Origin: Candidatus Pacebacteria bacterium UBA6180
GTDB taxonomy: Bacteria; Patescibacteriota; Microgenomatia; UBA1400; PJMF01
Assembly: GCA_002422165.1 (NCBI GenBank)
Contig: DITQ01000006.1
Location: forward strand, 25,384-89,383
DNA length: 64,000 nt
Direction of reading: 5' to 3'
The translations under genes and the position numbers were made by a program. Positions 63,301 through 64,000 of the stretch are shown in pieces. The stretch's first letter is position 1. Each line of letters opens with the position of its first letter. The notes under the pieces are model-generated. The model made no database searches and had not been told where the DNA came from. It saw only the letters and a program-made list of their open reading frames with translations.

Positions 63301-64000
63301 AGCCCATTTGGGTTAGTGAGGCGTCGTTGAAGTAGCGACTCAAGGCCTGATTGATGGTGATGATCGAGAGCGACTGCAGGTAAAGCTTGGCTTGCGGGTC
63401 AAGCTCGGAGAGTTTGAGGGGTTGTCCGGCGGCTTGAGGTTGTTGGGGCGGCTGCTGCTGATCTGGCCGCCGCCGACTTTCGTCAGGCTGCTGCTGGGGA
63501 GGAGGGGTGTCTCCATCGCGACCAGCACTTGTGTCTTGGGCGGTTCTATCTGCTCCGAACGGAAAAGGCAAGATTCCTCCTCCTCTTCCGCCGGAAGTAG
63601 GCTGAGAGGTTTTTTCTGTTTCTTCGACCTCTGCTTCGGCAAATTCTTCTTCCAGCTCAAGAATATCAACCACCTCATCAATGCGCCTAATAATGTGCTG
63701 GCGCATGTTGAAGTCCTCCATCCGCAGAAGATCTTTTATTTCAATCTCATCTTTGCTGCTTGGGGTGACTTGAAAAATTTCAAACAAACTTTTGAGGCGA
63801 TTAAGCTGATTGATTTGTTCGAGAGTTAAGCCGAACTGGTTTGGCACTGGTCGGTAAGTTTGCTCGACAAAGTGCACAAGATCACACATGAACAAATATG
63901 GCTCAGAGTTAAAATCTGGAATTTTACCATTTTGATCTGGAACAGAGGCAGCAATGTCTGCAGAAGTGCTGAGATCAAACTCTTCAGCTGCAAAGCCAGC
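60332..64000 (-). CDS. giant T4SS-associated membrane protein with C-terminal M23 (LytM-type) peptidase domain; 5' end beyond window
   Basis: C-terminal YYHDAYDIGTSLGPALYGNPVFTPYDG (HxxxD) and GLSGNRGFSSGNHLHYG (HxH) give M23 metallopeptidase motifs. Central helices YWPYILFALLMATLGPLIAALMAALAAGAMIY and AMVIAGQTVVIASGTIFLLGYFY. P/Q-rich segment PPPQQQPDESRRRPDQQQPPQQPQ. The ORF-track start at 63895 is a TTG, and the frame stays open to position 64000. Confidence 0.6.
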   Translation of the reverse strand, partial: AGFAAEEFDLSTSADIAASVPDQNGKIPDFNSEPYLFMCDLVHFVEQTYRPVPNQFGLTLEQINQLNRLKSLFEIFQVTPSSKDEIEIKDLLRMEDFNMRQHIIRRIDEVVDILELEEEFAEAEVEETEKTSQPTSGGRGGGILPFPFGADRTAQDTSAGRDGDTPPPQQQPDESRRRPDQQQPPQQPQAAGQPLKLSELDPQAKLYLQSLSIITINQALSRYFNDASLTQMGLSPGTRVTFDQLPLDIRQQLMDRAFAQVETLILSGEFSLDRFVQDTSARVNFANKSALGLLIDIRGMGLLNRAVSQLVEDKDAVAFKQELDKNQRQELKGEQLGGRTKNQINVVDTRSAEEVFERGRNDADFARLVESQLGVAGSEEQLDKMLSQHLDETIQNLHPEIRERILQNVKSLTDVYIQQGLPPEYLIADPQKIDWQRLKNFFGTDLTPKQIKDNREALANIIVFYWKRKRAIWAKEIRAEFAQEKLTPEEAINLAAKHGKPLTSKQLYMRQLNKNFGSKTVAQALADPTSDAVKNNPELAGFLKQEQDLIGKQLETELAKMEAPEQQAVLKTYFEFYMPGYVTAEYSIEVFSQQIVPQISPLDEFLIWGNQVLGERAFAPSQNRYLDPTYATQGDGLLQQAFTQIPGGMSGDDLVDNRFTREALKWGIRATAGAATAGASEAAFASWEAAKAADATGTLRFLENEVLSQIIEFIKKYWPYILFALLMATLGPLIAALMAALAAGAMIYKGLGGAREISSLNKELSSRGGAAENLSLSGHEAFNQFAPNSTAIPAAQTIPPAQSLVSQIATPAMVIAGQTVVIASGTIFLLGYFYRANLNSAFLTNFPLSESEIINTVEKTSKYAEVKKTAKITKGCLLAENDGSKCDKPSFPLSIEYTITIAPKEDFDLQIINISDETTFKQSRSGWEKAGRAPPIIPSQRNLEFEYFRKIIDEQGGASSPPLSASPTPLPTEGDLPSAQVSPAATGGEIVILAGNSLTFTYTLDGLSSDYNHTAISNAIEVNFYYQNAFQQGADNVITTARVCLGECSGDAGCWPMTGTVSQLPYDGNFSHGPNPKNPYYHDAYDIGTSLGPALYGNPVFTPYDGQLCHVNCSNSGFGCYFTLTFNGDGGQQKLIFAHFQDPNPSISSPGSCIQVEAGYLIGLSGNRGFSSGNHLHYGAAHGGVFSLLNHPGPSIIETVVPEDNNGRHPPVEGSGVTTCYE

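Noticed and set aside
63887-63895. ORF-track start (TTG at 63895, ATG at 63889) of the 1187-aa M23-domain protein
   Set aside because: Manual translation shows the frame stays open through position 64000 with no stop. The true start is therefore probably beyond the window edge, and the feature is reported as 5'-partial.

Overview
This 64-kb window looks like a compact, gene-dense bacterial chromosome segment containing the replication origin, read with the standard code (long intact ORFs throughout). The gene content suggests a small-genome, possibly CPR/Patescibacteria-like organism; this is inference, not a database result. The cues are a T4SS-pilin paralog family, an ATP-dependent DNA ligase, an archaeal-style mevalonate operon, a short ValRS and many small secreted or membrane proteins.

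Layout:
1. 1–15.4 kb, AT-rich. Cell-envelope glycan biosynthesis/export locus: Wzy_C-like ligase fragment, GT2, GT4, GT26, a GlgA-like GT5 and a further GT4, two methyltransferases, a PLP-decarboxylase-like enzyme, a QueC-like PP-loop enzyme, an LMW phosphatase, and a Wzm/Wzt ABC exporter. A nested inverted-repeat element sits between wzm and wzt.
2. 15.4–18.4 kb. Two paralogous Cys-rich surface proteins with Thr/Pro tandem repeats, then a tRNA whose anticodon I read as UAU (Ile).
3. 18.4–25 kb, GC-rich, minus strand. Complete mevalonate operon: HMGR, HMGCS, thiolase, DUF35-like OB-fold protein, MK, PMK, MVD.
4. 25–37 kb. Isoprenoid chain-elongation enzyme (polyprenyl synthetase) and housekeeping genes: MFS transporter, pth, MGDG-synthase-like GT, ATP-dependent DNA ligase, secreted protein, Fic protein, nnr, recF.
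5. 37.3–41.2 kb. ECF sigma and putative anti-sigma divergent from a tandem array of seven paralogous T4SS-pilin-like genes.
6. 41.2–51.7 kb. uppS, idi, valS, rplY, a 983-aa membrane protein, rnhA, jag, yidC, yidD, rnpA, rpmH.
7. 51.7–54.7 kb. dnaN and dnaA with DnaA-box clusters on both sides (oriC).
8. 54.7–64 kb. Type IV secretion-like module directly upstream of dnaA: VirB4 ATPase, a separately encoded VirB4 N-domain-like ORF, a PrgI/VirB3-like protein, a bitopic membrane protein, and a giant membrane protein ending in an M23 peptidase domain.

The most interesting system is the dispersed, apparently chromosomal T4SS-like apparatus plus the seven-gene pilin repertoire. No relaxase or coupling protein is visible in the window.
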